A stretch of 64,000 nucleotides of DNA from the human T2T-CHM13v2.0 reference genome, Homo sapiens, in NCBI RefSeq assembly GCF_009914755.1, contig NC_060936.1. The stretch is one strand, 5' to 3'. Shown piece after piece: positions 24,615 to 36,760 of this stretch (position 1 is the stretch's first letter; each line of letters opens with the position of its first letter). The notes below the pieces were generated by a model. The model saw only the letters and a program-made list of their open reading frames with translations. It was not told where the DNA came from and ran no database searches. A program made the position numbers and the translations under genes.

Positions 24615-25145
24615 AGCAGTGCTGACTATTCCAGTAGCCACTGACCCTATGTAGCTATTTAAATTTAGTCAAAATTAAATAAAATTAAATATTCAATTTG
24701 TCAGTTGCATTAGCTGCATTTGAAGGAACTCTGTAGCCATATGTGGTTAGCACCGTATTGGATAGTGCAGATATAGAACATTTTCATTAGTTCAGAAAGT
24801 TTTTCTTTTCTTTCTTTATTTTTATTTATCTACTTTTAGAGACAGGGATAGCTCTGTCATCCAGGCTGGAGTGGCACAACATAGCTCACTACAACCTTGA
24901 ACTCCTGGGCTCAAGCAATCCTCCCTCCTAAGCCCTCCAAGTAATTGACACACGTGCCACCATATCTGGCTAATTAAAAAAATATATTTTTTTTAGAGAC
25001 AGGATTTTACTATGTTGCTCAGGCTGGTCTAGACCTCCTGGCCTCATGTAATTCTTCCGCCTCAACCTTCTTAATACCTATAATTACAGGCATAAGCCAC
25101 TGTACCCGGCTGATTGCAGGAAGTTCCGTTAGACAACATTGCTCT
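24615..25145 (-). mobile_element. MER3 hAT-Charlie MITE interrupted by an AluJ
   Basis: gtagccactga...tagctatttaaattt...gtagccatatgtggttag...cgtattggatagtgcagatatagaacattt [Alu] ttgcaggaagttccgttagacaac. Confidence 0.75.
24800..25111 (-). mobile_element. AluJ (degenerate)
   Basis: gaactcctgggctcaagcaatcctccc...ctatgttgctcaggctggtct...gccactgtacccggc. Confidence 0.88.
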
Positions 25146-27345
25146 GTAGCAATGTAGTTTAAATTGGAGCCTGCAAATGCAAATACTAAACATGAATAAT
25201 TTTTGAATGTTGTAAATTTTTGAATTTAAGTATTTAAGATTTTTTTAAAAAATAAACATACTCTGGATCATTTGGACAACCATCTTAAAACCAAGTTTTG
25301 CTAATTGATTTCTGTGCTCGATTTTAGACCTTGAATTTTTATGTTTATGATGGAGTTCCAGGCAGACTGTGCTACTCTTAAGTGTTGAGGGCTATTGTTA
25401 AAAGGACAGAGTCAAAATCATGCATAAACAATAGGTGATTAAAATGTGTGTGATGAATTCAGTCCACGGTGTCAAGCATGCTCTCTGAGTGAAAACTCAG
25501 TAGTGGAAAAATTCACTCATCACATGACTCATTAAGCATTCAACAATTCACTTTAAGCAAGACAATATTCTCTTTATGTTAAATTTATACTCTTCATTTG
25601 ACTAGTCTCAATTTTATAATTTTACTGGTATTTGTAATTGCCTTTGATCTTATAGATGCATAGTGGTTATAAATACAAATACACTTTTAAGGTTATACAT
25701 GCCTCAGTATATAATAATTCTATACATAATTCTCTCATGCCACCTTATTTGAATTGGGAAACTTTACAAAGAAGAAACCTGGGGAGAATACCCCAAATTT
25801 GCCATCTGCAGTGAAATTAACCATTACAGATAAGGATCAGGCCTACAAAGGAAGTCGAGTTTCACCTTCAGTTAACAGACTTGTATTTTAACCTGGGTCT
25901 TCAAAGAAAAGAACGCCTAAATCTGAAAGATCTTGTTGGAGGAAATTTCTTTCACATTGACACACGGATGAAACAGGTATTTCAAAATGGAGGAACTTCT
26001 TGCACTTCACAGCATACCCAGTAGGTGGCCTCACCTACACTTTTGCCAATGCATGTGAATGTAAGTGCTTCTTTGATGATGCATTTCATTATCTCTGTGA
26101 GACACCTAACTATTGAGAAGAACAGGCTTCTAAACAGAGAAAGGCTTTTGATGAATGCAGTAGAATTATATTAAGTAATCGGCATATCTTTTGTTATGTT
26201 GATTGTGTCCTGATTTTTATTTGAATCCGGTGAAAAGTAAAAAGGTCTGAATTTCTCCCTCAGCTATGCACGTGTTAATTCTTTCCAACAGCACACAGAG
26301 CTAAGTCAACCCTTTCTGAGTAAAACAGCTTGGCTTTGAGACCTGCTGTTTTCTCCAGCTTCCTCTTTTCCTGTGTCATGGAGTGGCCTTGAGAAATGCC
26401 TCTCCCTGTTATTGATGGGAACAACCCAACAGCTTTTAGTAACTGCCAATCTCACTTACTCTTTTCCTTCTTTTCTCCCTCAGGTCCATTTCCTTCCACT
26501 CTGTCTTGTCACCTCCCCCTATTCTGCATTCTTTATCCTTGCTTCATTTCTTTTTTGCTTTAATTACACTAAGCTGTAAATATTTTTTAGTTCTCTGAGA
26601 CTCTCTTCACGTTTTTCATCCTGAAAGTGTTGCAATTAGCTTTTTTACTGACTGCTACTGACTTCCCATTGATGGCATTTACTTAAATGGTAATGTTATC
26701 TTTGTGACATATGCATTCAAAGAAGAAACAGGGCTTGCCTTCATATGTCTGAATAAAGGAAGTGCCTATTTTCTCACTAGATTATTTTCTGAATATCAGA
26801 ATAAATTAGATCTCATTGAAACATAATGTATTTCTCAAAGGAACAATTTTATGACTGGGGAAGTCACATAATCTGACAATGAACATTTAGTTAGGTATAA
26901 CAAATTGCGTCACATCCCTGGTCAAGTGCTTACCTACCTTGTAAGAGTTAGAACAAATACACCTGATTATTTGGGGACACCCAAGAAGAAATGAAATTTT
27001 ACTGTACTTTATATACTATCTCATTCTAGTTCTTTTAAAATATTATTTTGTATGTATGTTGCAACACTCACAATTGCAATAGAAACACTCAGAGTGTTTC
27101 TAGATTAATCACTTAGCACAGTGACTTCTACCTTGATTGTAATTTAAAATAGTAAAGTTAGGTGACAGTGCTCTAAATGGCCACAATTGCATCATACTTG
27201 TTTCTGTACAAAGCTCTTTCCTATTTCTTAAAATGTTAAAAAATAAAACTCTGTCCATTTGTATAGAATTGGGTCATTAAGTAATGAACGACCTATTGAA
27301 ATCTCATATGTTAGCTAAAATAAACATCAATTTAAAATTATCAGA

Positions 27346-27605
<260 letters not shown>

Positions 27606-28036
27606 TTATATTTTCCTTGATATTTAAAATATGGAAGGTTTATTTTAAAAGGGTTTATCTTTTTGTTGTTGATTTCTTTTTAAAGAAGTATGCAGGGAAG
27701 TTTATATAGATAATTTCCTCATAACCAATATTCAAAATCCTTTCATGGATCCTTTAGTGACATTCACATCTGTTCTCAAGCTATTCAAAATAATTCCTGA
27801 AAGACTGGATAGATTATTATTTTAATAGTTAATGTAAGTATTTCAATGCCTTTTAGCAATGAACACTCTTACCTTTTGCAGTTAAATTGATATTCAATTT
27901 ATTAGAGTTACAAATTCAATAATCACATTTGCCTTAGGTTTTCAAGCTATGTTTTATAAATCTTATGTCATTCAAAAATCTAAATACATTTTATTTGAAA
28001 AAGAACAGTCACTTATACTCTTTTACTTACTCTTTA

Positions 28037-28429
28037 TGAAACAGGAAAATAGGGTGAAGAGGCAGGGAAAATAGGGTGAGGAGGCAGGAAAATAGGGTGA
28101 GGAGCTAAGGTGGATTCACACTTCAGCTAGGACAGGAAATATCCTCTCCATAGGGCGTAGGCTGTAAATGACTTTGTAACTTTACTTCATTCTCTCCATT
28201 TACGTAGGGTGTACCCCAACTAACCAATGGAATCCTCTAGAGGGTATTTAAACTCCCAGAAATTCTGTAACAGGGCCTTTGAGCCCCACTATGCTCAGGC
28301 CCGCTCCCACACTGTGAAGTGTGCTTTCATTTTCAATAGATCCCTTCATTCCTTCCTTGCTTTGTTTGTGAGTTTTGTCCAATTCTTTGTTCAAGATGCC
28401 AAGAACCTAGACACCCTTTACCATTAACA
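28037..28429 (+). mobile_element. ERV1 solo LTR (MER51B-like)
   Basis: TG...CA termini, 4-bp TSD ttta (28033-28036, 28430-28433), CCAAT (taaccaatgg), TATA-like tatttaaa, ttcaagatgccaagaacc end motif. Confidence 0.85.
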
Positions 28430-29026
28430 TTTAATTAACATTTGATCAGCTCAAGTTTAATGGTTTAAACTCTCAAACAATTAATTCCTTGAATAAATTA
28501 GTTAATTAAATCCCCTTAAACATGTTAAGCTGAATTTCTAAATTTAGTGTTTTAAGTACTTCAATTTTTTAAAGTACTGGCCTGACAAACTATTAGCATT
28601 TGAGAACCTCAAAAATGATCTCCTTGCTTCTTGCCTGAATTTGAAATGTAGTTATTTATTTCACAATTAATTAATGTAACAGTTTTACAGTGCTTACTCT
28701 GTCTCAGACTGCCCCACTGAGCTGGCCACACAGCCAGACAGATCTATTGTTCCCAATATTACCAAGTAGCTAATGCACTCCTCCCCTGAAGAGGAGGAGA
28801 TGGAACAGTTATCTACAGGAACTTCTGCATATAGGAAGGTAAAACCAAGGAAAAGATGGGTCTAATTTGCCCAGCCAATGCATTTGTATGAGTGCGCATA
28901 CACACACTCATGCAAACACACACAAACACCCTCTAGTTTTGTGTTCTTGTTATGCTTGGGGCCTAATTATTAAAACTATGGCCCAAATAGGGCTGTGACT
29001 GTCTCCATCAGTGGAGAATATCAGCC

Positions 29027-29521
29027 TGTGACTTCTCAAAGAAAAATTGCACTGGGTGCAGTTAAACAGGCAGAGAAGACTTCATCAAGTCTTCTACTGT
29101 TTCAACAGTAGTTAAGACTGTTGGAATAAAGAGAAAGAATGAATTCAATTCCACTGAAACAAAAGGCAGAAGAGTTGTTAAACACTGGAGTGAGCTATTG
29201 GGTAAATCCTTGAAGACCTAGGATGGGACATTGGGCAATATGATTAGGCCGTCTGTGTTTGCTAATTGGCATTTTCCCCTAGTTAGGCTCTTACACTCTC
29301 ACAAAGACTTGGAGACCGGGGCTCTACTTTTCTTAATGTTTCTACTTCCCAGGTCTTAGAGAAAGCCATGACTGGGTTGTAGAACATTTACATTTCGAAG
29401 CAATAGGGCAAAAATTAGCAATTGCAAGTTTCCTAAAGTAAATAAGAAAAGGGAGGACAAGGGCCTATAGTCAGGGATTAACCTGTCTAAAGCTGAGAGA
29501 AACATTACATTCTTCTTGGTC
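29027..29521 (-). mobile_element. ERV1 LTR (MER67-like)
   Basis: aaaaattgcactgg...cagttaaacaggc...ctgtgtttgctaattgg...aaaagggagg...cctgtctaaag...cttggtc; family assignment from memory. Confidence 0.55.
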
Positions 29522-29972
29522 TGATCTCAGTTGGTTGGTTCCAGTTTTGCACCCAGAAGACTCAGATATAGATAAAAACATTAATCTGAGGAATCAGAAC
29601 TGAGCTACTCTGAACCCAAGAGAGAAAAAATGAGGAAAAGGCAGTCATTCTCTCCTCTAGGCTAATATTTGGGGTTGTCTAAGAGCTATTTGTGTAATAG
29701 ATCAGGCTTAAATCTATTCTAATCTTTTCTTTAATGTGCTTAAAGGTATAATTTCATCCTTCTGCTTCTTCCTCCCATCTCTCAAATGCTACCTCTTTTA
29801 GGAGGTACTTAAAGAACACAATAAGCACAAAAATGTGTATTGATACTTGTTATTCTAATATATTTAGCGAGCATTATAAAGGGTAGAATTTTGCTTTCTG
29901 ATTGTAATGTAGTTAGTATTATAGATCACCTTACAAAGTTCTGTTCCAATGAAGAGGATGAACAATTCGTAT

Positions 29973-30084
29973 AAAAAAACTCATGCGTGGAGAGTTTTAT
30001 TTTGTTGAAAAAAAACTCATGCTTGGAGAGTTTTATTTTGTTGAAAAAAAACTCATGCTTGGAGAGTTTTATTTTGTTGAAAAA
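29973..30084. repeat. 36-bp minisatellite, 3 copies
   Basis: Unit aaaaaaaactcatgc(g/t)tggagagttttattttgttg; the 'ctcatgc' starts are at 29980, 30016 and 30052. Confidence 0.95.
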
Positions 30085-31189
30085 TATAGATTTACTTAGT
30101 AGTCTTTTTCATGATGGTCTGAGCTTTTGTACCAACTCACAATTTAATTTTTTCAATTCTTTCTAAGGCTTAGCATCTAAACCTAAGAGCAAGGTTACTA
30201 GCTTTGATTTAGTGAAAGCGGTGAGTATGACGTAGAAGGTAAGACAAGATGGACTCTATTATAAGGGAGGAAATTAAATTTTCACATTTTGATTGATTCT
30301 GGAAATCCATATTTTTGGTGATAAGTTGATAAGGTATTTTATGTAATGAAAAAATGAATTTTGAAAAGTGCAAATGTAAGTATGCTAATTGAAAAAAGTT
30401 GGAGAACGTTAGAAAATCAATTCATTTTGTAAGTGCACTGATTAAAAAAGGTGCGGCAAGGGGATTTACGTAAATGTAGTGAATTAAAACATTTATCTTG
30501 CAAACTTGATAAACTGCAGTAGGTACTTTAGAGGGTGAAAATAATTAGTTCCTCAGCTCCCACATGTACCTGAATCATTGTTAAAATTAAATTTGTTTAT
30601 TGCTTCAAAATGACTTTATTTTAGTGCAACACAGACTTAGAAACCTATAATGGGATGAACTTTTTTCTACTAACTTTTGTTTTCATTTACTGTAGGGGAT
30701 AGATTCTCATCTTTAATAACATTGTTATCCCTTTTCTCTCTCTCCTTAAGACACAGTAACCCTGAGAGTTATCTTATTGTAGGCAAGATCATTTTGGAAA
30801 CAACTATTCCTCTTCCTAGCCCCTCTCTAATATATTATCTAAATTGCAGTCTCTGATTAGATTTTAGAGTGAAAATATGACCTTGTCACTCTTTTTCTTA
30901 AAATCTTTCAATATTTCCCCATTATCTAGTATAAAGTTCCCATGAGACGTTTTCTAATCAACTCCTGCAGATTAATCTAAATTCATTCTACACTATTTGC
31001 CTCCACACTGAACTTTACATTTTTCAGTCATGCTGAACTCTTATTGTCCCTTTAACATGTTATCTGTTTTAGGCCAAGTTTCTGTTTTTGTTATTTCCTC
31101 TGCCTTGAATAATCCCTAACAAACTTACATTGCTGATACCCCAAATTCTAAAACTTCCTTTAATTCTGATTAAATTCGAAAAGCTACTT

Positions 31190-32141
31190 CCATCATTAAA
31201 CCGGTATTCTTGAGTACCTACTATAGGCCAAGCAGTATTCTGGGTCCTAGGATACAATGATAAACACCCTCTCTTCTCCGATACACACACATACACACAC
31301 AGACACACAAACACACACACACACACAAGTTTTACCTGCAGAGCTCATATTCTACTGGGAAAAAGACAATACTTAAGTAGGTAAGTTACACAGAGTTAGA
31401 AAAGAAATAAAGCAGGGAATGGGAAGTGAAGTATGCGTTGTGACAGATGACAGATAGGGCCAGGGAAGGTTGAACTGGGTGGGGACTTTTGAGTTAAGAC
31501 CAGAGAAGTGGCTGGGTCAGTCATGTGGATAGGCAAGGCTAAAGTCTTCCTGGCAGAGAGAAGACCAAGGGCAAAGGCCCTAAGTTTGGGAGCATACCTA
31601 GAGGATGCAAAAGTAGAAGGAGGGAAACCTAGTAGGAGGTGATTGCAATAATCCAGAAGAAAGATGGTGATAAATTAGACCAGAGTGGTAAGTGGAGTGG
31701 ATGGAGTTGGGGAGTGATTGGATTTTTTGGGTCAAGAAAAGTCAAGGATCAATCCCGGAATAGTTGATTTTATGTCAACTTGGCTAGACTGTGATGATCA
31801 GATATTTGGTCAACATTAGTCCAGATGTTACTGTACAGGTATTTTTAAAAATGTGATTAATGTTTACAATCAGTTGACTTAAAGGAAATTACCCTCCATA
31901 ATCTGGGTGGTCTTCATCCAATCAGTTGAATATCTTAAGAGCAAAGACTGAGGAATTCTGACTACAGACTGGAATATAAAAATTCTGCTGAATTTCCAGC
32001 TTTCAGACTCAAGACTAAAACATCAACTCCTACCTGAATCTCCAGCCTCTGCTAACTTGTCTATAGAATCCAGACTTACTAGCTGCCACAATTGCTGCTG
32101 AGATAAGCCCTTAAAATCTCCACCTCTCTCTTTTCCTTTGT

Positions 32142-32174
<33 letters not shown>

Positions 32175-32435
32175 GTCTCCCTCTCTGTGTGTGTGTGTGT
32201 GTGTGTGTGCCTTCTCTGGAGAATCCTGACTCCTAACTAATACAACTCCAAAGGTTTTGGCCATGTAAAGATGAAATGTGAAACGATGACACTACAGCTA
32301 AGCAGTTGGCTGGTGGGTACTATTAGGAGTGTAAGTTTGACATATTAATTTTAAGATGCTTACTTGAAATTGAAGTGGAGATGTGGAGGTTACATGTATG
32401 TGTCCGAAGTTCTGGAGAGTGGTCTCATCTGGAGA
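31190..32435 (-). mobile_element. L2 fragment split by an MLT2 LTR
   Basis: ttgagtacctactataggccaagcagtattctgggtcctaggatac...attgcaataatccag...gtcaaggat [MLT2] actccaaaggttttggcc; (CA)n at ~31282-31327. Confidence 0.7.
31756..32244 (+). mobile_element. MLT2 (ERVL) solo LTR
   Basis: gttgattttatgtcaacttggctagac...ttaccctccataatctgggtgg...catccaatcagttgaa...tctctggagaatcctgac...ctaataca. Confidence 0.85.
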
Positions 32436-33109
32436 TTATGAAATGAGGCCCTCTTTATTCAACAGAGTTTCATATAACCGGTTTTACACATTAAAGCAAT
32501 CACACATAACAGGAAGATCCTCTGTTTTAATCACTTGTTCATCTTGATCATTTAAATAATGTTCAATCTCACATCCTTTTTTGATCTGAAAAAATATTAT
32601 GCTTTACCCCATATTTTCAGTTGTATATTTGACTACTTTTCAAACTAATGCTTTCTTTCAAATAGCCTCTTTAAAGTTTATCTGTGAGTTCAAGGCCCAG
32701 CCTCTTTTGTGAGTCATAAAGCAATCCTGGGCGCATTTGTGTGTGGGAAGTAGCTAGGTAGTGAGAGACCTTGTGCATCAAAGAGAGCATAAAATTTTTG
32801 TGTGAGATAGATACCAGCTTCTATATAACACAACATTTAAGATTTAGATCAAAATGTGGGAGTTTTCACAGGGTAGATGGTGTGTGAAGCCATGCCACTG
32901 GATGAGCTCATAGAGAGAATGAGTGAGATAGAAAAGAGATGGAGTCCAAGGACAAAGCCCTGGGGACTCCAAGATTTAGAGTTCAAAATAGGCAAAATAT
33001 ATTTAGTAAGAGAATATAAAAAGGTATAAAGAATACCAGGTAGATGCCAAAAGAAGAAATTATTCTAAGGAAAATGTGATGAATAGTATTAAATGCTATT
33101 GACAGTTTC

Positions 33110-33582
33110 TCGTCCATATTTCAGTGGTAACTCAACTTCATGATTAACCTTCCTAAGTCTGGTGCATTTCTCCCATTTCCATATCTCTGTGAAAGAAACC
33201 TCCAGCAATATAGTTGCTCAAGATAGTAATGTGGGACTCATTTTTCATTCCTGCTTCTTTCTGTCTCCAAGTTTTGTCCATTAGTGAGGCCTGCCAATTT
33301 TATCTTTTAGATTTCTCTTGAATTCACTCACTTCTCTCTATGTCCGCTTAGACTACTATAATAATATCTGCTCTATCAGTGGCCACTTTACAAATTGACT
33401 CACCAAGTTGATCCTTTGGAAATATAAATCTAATTCCCATTATATCCTCAATTAGCCATCAATAGCTTTTACTACACTTTTAAGATTAGGACAAGACTAA
33501 CATGTACTACCTCTACCTCCAGCCTCATCTTATAGCACTCCATGAGTGTCACTGAGTAAAAATGAATGAATGAATGAATAAA
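33110..33582 (+). mobile_element. L2 fragment with (AATG)n tail
   Basis: cttgaattcactcacttctctc...ctctacctccagcctcatct...aatgaatgaatgaatgaat. Confidence 0.6.
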
Positions 33583-33696
33583 TAACTACCCTTGTTCCTC
33601 TGAAATTTACCACAGAATGACATGTTATCAGAGGAAACAGGACATTTAACATAAAAACCCAATATTTTTATTTGATTAAATCCCTCAAAACCAATT

Positions 33697-33822
33697 GTAT
33701 TAGTCCATTCTCACTTTGCTAATAAAGACATACCTGAGACTGGATAATTTATAAAAGAAAGAGGTTTAATTGACTCACAGTTCAGCAATGCTGGGGAGGC
33801 CCCAGGAAACTTGCAATCATGG
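33697..33822 (-). mobile_element. THE1/MST LTR fragment, truncated
   Basis: tgtattagtccattctcac...gaaagaggtttaattgactcacagttcagc...ggaaacttgcaatcatgg; stops abruptly at a microsatellite. Confidence 0.88.
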
Positions 33823-33871
<49 letters not shown>

Positions 33872-34025
33872 GTATAAATACTAGAGATACAAGGCAATAT
33901 ACATATATATATATACACACACAGGGATATAGATATGTATCTCTAGTATTTTTATATATATATTTGATATTTATATATATACACATATATAAATACTCGA
34001 GATACAAGAGATATATATATATATT
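33823..34025. repeat. Compound (TA)n(CA)n microsatellite with embedded direct and inverted repeats
   Basis: Directly visible; see findings. Confidence 0.95.
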
Positions 34026-35464
34026 TTGAGAGTGAAGGCTATGCTATATAGCACTCTCAAAATACCACTAAAATATAAAAGGAAACAAATATTTGAAGAT
34101 AAAGTTTGGACAAAGCACTGCTATACTTAGCACAGGAGAGGTAAAAAATTAGTGTTGTGGGAAGAGATCAATTGCTTGCAACTGGATTCATGAAGGGTTT
34201 AAACTAATGGTTGTTGGATCTATACAATCATATTTGTTGTTGCTGATGTTTTTAAATTAAATCTCATACTTTATTTGGATTACTGTGGTTTTTGTTGTTT
34301 AAATCAAAGAAGGTTCATGCAAACATTATAGCCCTTATATAATACTGTATTTGTTTATGTGCCTGTCTTTTGCTCAAAGTATGAGATCCTACTGAATGTA
34401 TTCACATTTGCCTGCCCATGTTTTTACAATTTTATTATTTTTAAATGAATAAGTAAATGATTGTCTGTTGGGGAAAAGAAAACCGACCAGGAGGGTAAGA
34501 AACCTGTACAAATTTTGGTCTTCACAGTTTTTCCTAGTTCCTAATATAGTCCTAACTATCACCAAACATATTTGCATTCTAACATTGGCCCGTATCGAAT
34601 CAGGTAATGTTTGTTGGAGGCTCATTTAAGGTGAAGGTAGTTTAGCTTTTTTTTTCTTTTCTTTTTTTTTTTTTTTTAATTAATACTGTTAAATCCCTGG
34701 TGAAGATAGAAACGTGTGAGGGGCCACAATAGATGACAAAAGCTGCAGAGAAAGGAATGAAGAGAGAAATGAATTAGAAAGTTGGTGTTGAAGATTTAAA
34801 ATGAGAAAATAGATACATGCTGGTGAGTAAACACTTCCCACTCTGTTTGATGTCATTCTGAGATGCAGATAGAGTGGTGTAAAAGGGACTTCCAGGCAGA
34901 GTGAGACAAGAAGTGGAGTCATAGCACATTAAAATTGAAAGCAGTAACAATTATTACCAAATAGGAAAGTTTTCTTCTATTATCGCTTCTTCTGTCTACA
35001 TCCTTGAATTTTAAATTAAAAATTTCCCTAAATTTCAAAGCATATTTCAATTCTTAAGACAATAAGATGTCAGCATTTTGTATTAAAAGAAAGAAAAAAG
35101 ATCACATTGGACCCATTTTAAATTTTTTCTTACAACAAATTTTCCACTTGAACACGGAAACATTAAACCTTGAAATAGAATTGAAAAGTCTATCCTTTAA
35201 GCTAGCCAGTGTCAATTATGTTTCTTTGATTACATTCAAATAAAAATTAACTTCATTTGTCTTGAAAAAAAAGATATATTGAATAACTGTGGGATGGCTG
35301 TACACACACTCAAAGAAAAAGCTGAATAACTGGGCCTTCTAAAGGGTAGGTCATAGTGTAGTTCCAAAAGTAGATCATAGTGTAGTTTTGAAATTTTGGG
35401 TGGCAAGAAGAAACAATTAGATTCTTTAGGGCATTACTGATGAGATAAATCAGACTTCACCCTT

Positions 35465-36480
35465 TTTTAAAAAGGTTTTTAAAGTTGAAATAATTTTAGA
35501 CCTACTGAAAATTTACAAAAATAGCACAGATAATTTTCGTACAGCCCTTATTTATAATCCTTAACTGTGTTGCAACTATCAAAATCTGGAAATTAACATT
35601 GGTGAAATACTATTAATAGATGCATGTGAATTGTCTTTTATCCCTTTCTTGCATGAAGGTAGCATACTGTAGATACTTGTTTTTTTAATTTAGTAGTATA
35701 TCCTAAAAATCCTTATCAGTTTATAGAGATCATCTTCATTCTTTTGTTATAGCTGCACAGTACACCATTGAGTGGAAATGCTAGTTTATTCAACCATTTT
35801 CATATGTGTAAATATTTAGCTTGTTTCAATACTTTGAAATTTTGCAAGTAATGTATCAATGAATGATGCATATTTGCATATGTATTTCTGCATCATTGGA
35901 CGTGTCTTCAGGGTGAATTCCAAAAACTGTGATTGTTGGGTTGAAAGGTAATTACATATGTAGTTTGTTAGGTGTTGCTAAATATCCCTCTAGAAGGGTT
36001 GTACCACTTTGCATTCCTACCAGTAATGCGTGAGAGTAATTTTTTCCCCCAGGGCCCCAATGACAGAATGTTCTGTTGTGTTTCTAATTTTTTTTCCAGT
36101 CTGATCGGTGAAAAATGGTACCTTAGTATTGTCTTATTTGCAATTCTCTAATTACAAGTGACTTTGAACAGTTTTTCCTGTTTGAAAATAATTTTTGTAT
36201 CATTTTTATGAGAATGGTTTGTTCAAATATTTTTGACATTTTCCTTTGGTTTTTATTTTTCTCTCTCAATTTTAAGAGTTTTATATGTGCTAGGGATTTT
36301 AGTCATTTGTGGTATGTGTTTTGATAAATTCTTCCAGTTTGTTAAATTCCTTTAGACTTAGTGGGTTTTTGTGTGTATGCAAACTAAAATAAAAATTATA
36401 TATTGTCATATTCACCAATCTTGGGTTTTACTTCTAACTCTTCCATTTATTTATTGTGAACTTTGTTATTTGAACTCTAA
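35465..36480 (-). mobile_element. Old L1M (L1MB/MC/ME-type) 3' region
   Basis: gaaataattttagacctactgaaaatttacaaaaatagcacaga; ggttgtaccactttgcattcctaccagtaatg; ccagtctgatcggtgaaaaatggta. Confidence 0.7.
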
Positions 36481-36589
36481 AATTATTAGAGCCAATTACC
36501 CAATATCCTCCAGTTTTTGTAACTCATAGTCTCACCTTTAGTCAGTGGGCAGAGTTTTATAAATCATGTATAGAGCTAGATATCTATCA

Positions 36590-36760
36590 TAGGCTGTGTT
36601 CCTTGAGAAAGACAACCCTGAGATAAGAACTTGTGTCTAAGTAGTTTATTTGGAGTGGGGGGGTGATCTTAAGAAGCGCCAATAGGGCAGTAGAGAAATG
36701 AAACAGGGAAGAGCAAGAAGTCAATACAAAATGCATTTAAGAGCAAGTTAACGCTGAACT
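36590..36760 (-). mobile_element. ERVL LTR fragment (LTR16-like)
   Basis: accctgagataagaacttgtgtctaagtagtttatttgg...gtgatcttaagaagc...gaaacagggaag. Confidence 0.5.

Noticed and set aside
29973-30084. 36-bp repeat as a CRISPR array
   Set aside because: Copies are contiguous with no spacers, there are no cas-like ORFs, and the context is primate DNA.
33711-34029. ORFs over microsatellites (also 13189-13479 and 32079-32264)
   Set aside because: Artefacts of stop-poor dinucleotide repeats.
35347-35394. 24-bp tandem duplication (also small duplications at 3505-3550 and ~44556-44587)
   Set aside because: Ordinary slippage duplications with no sign of function.
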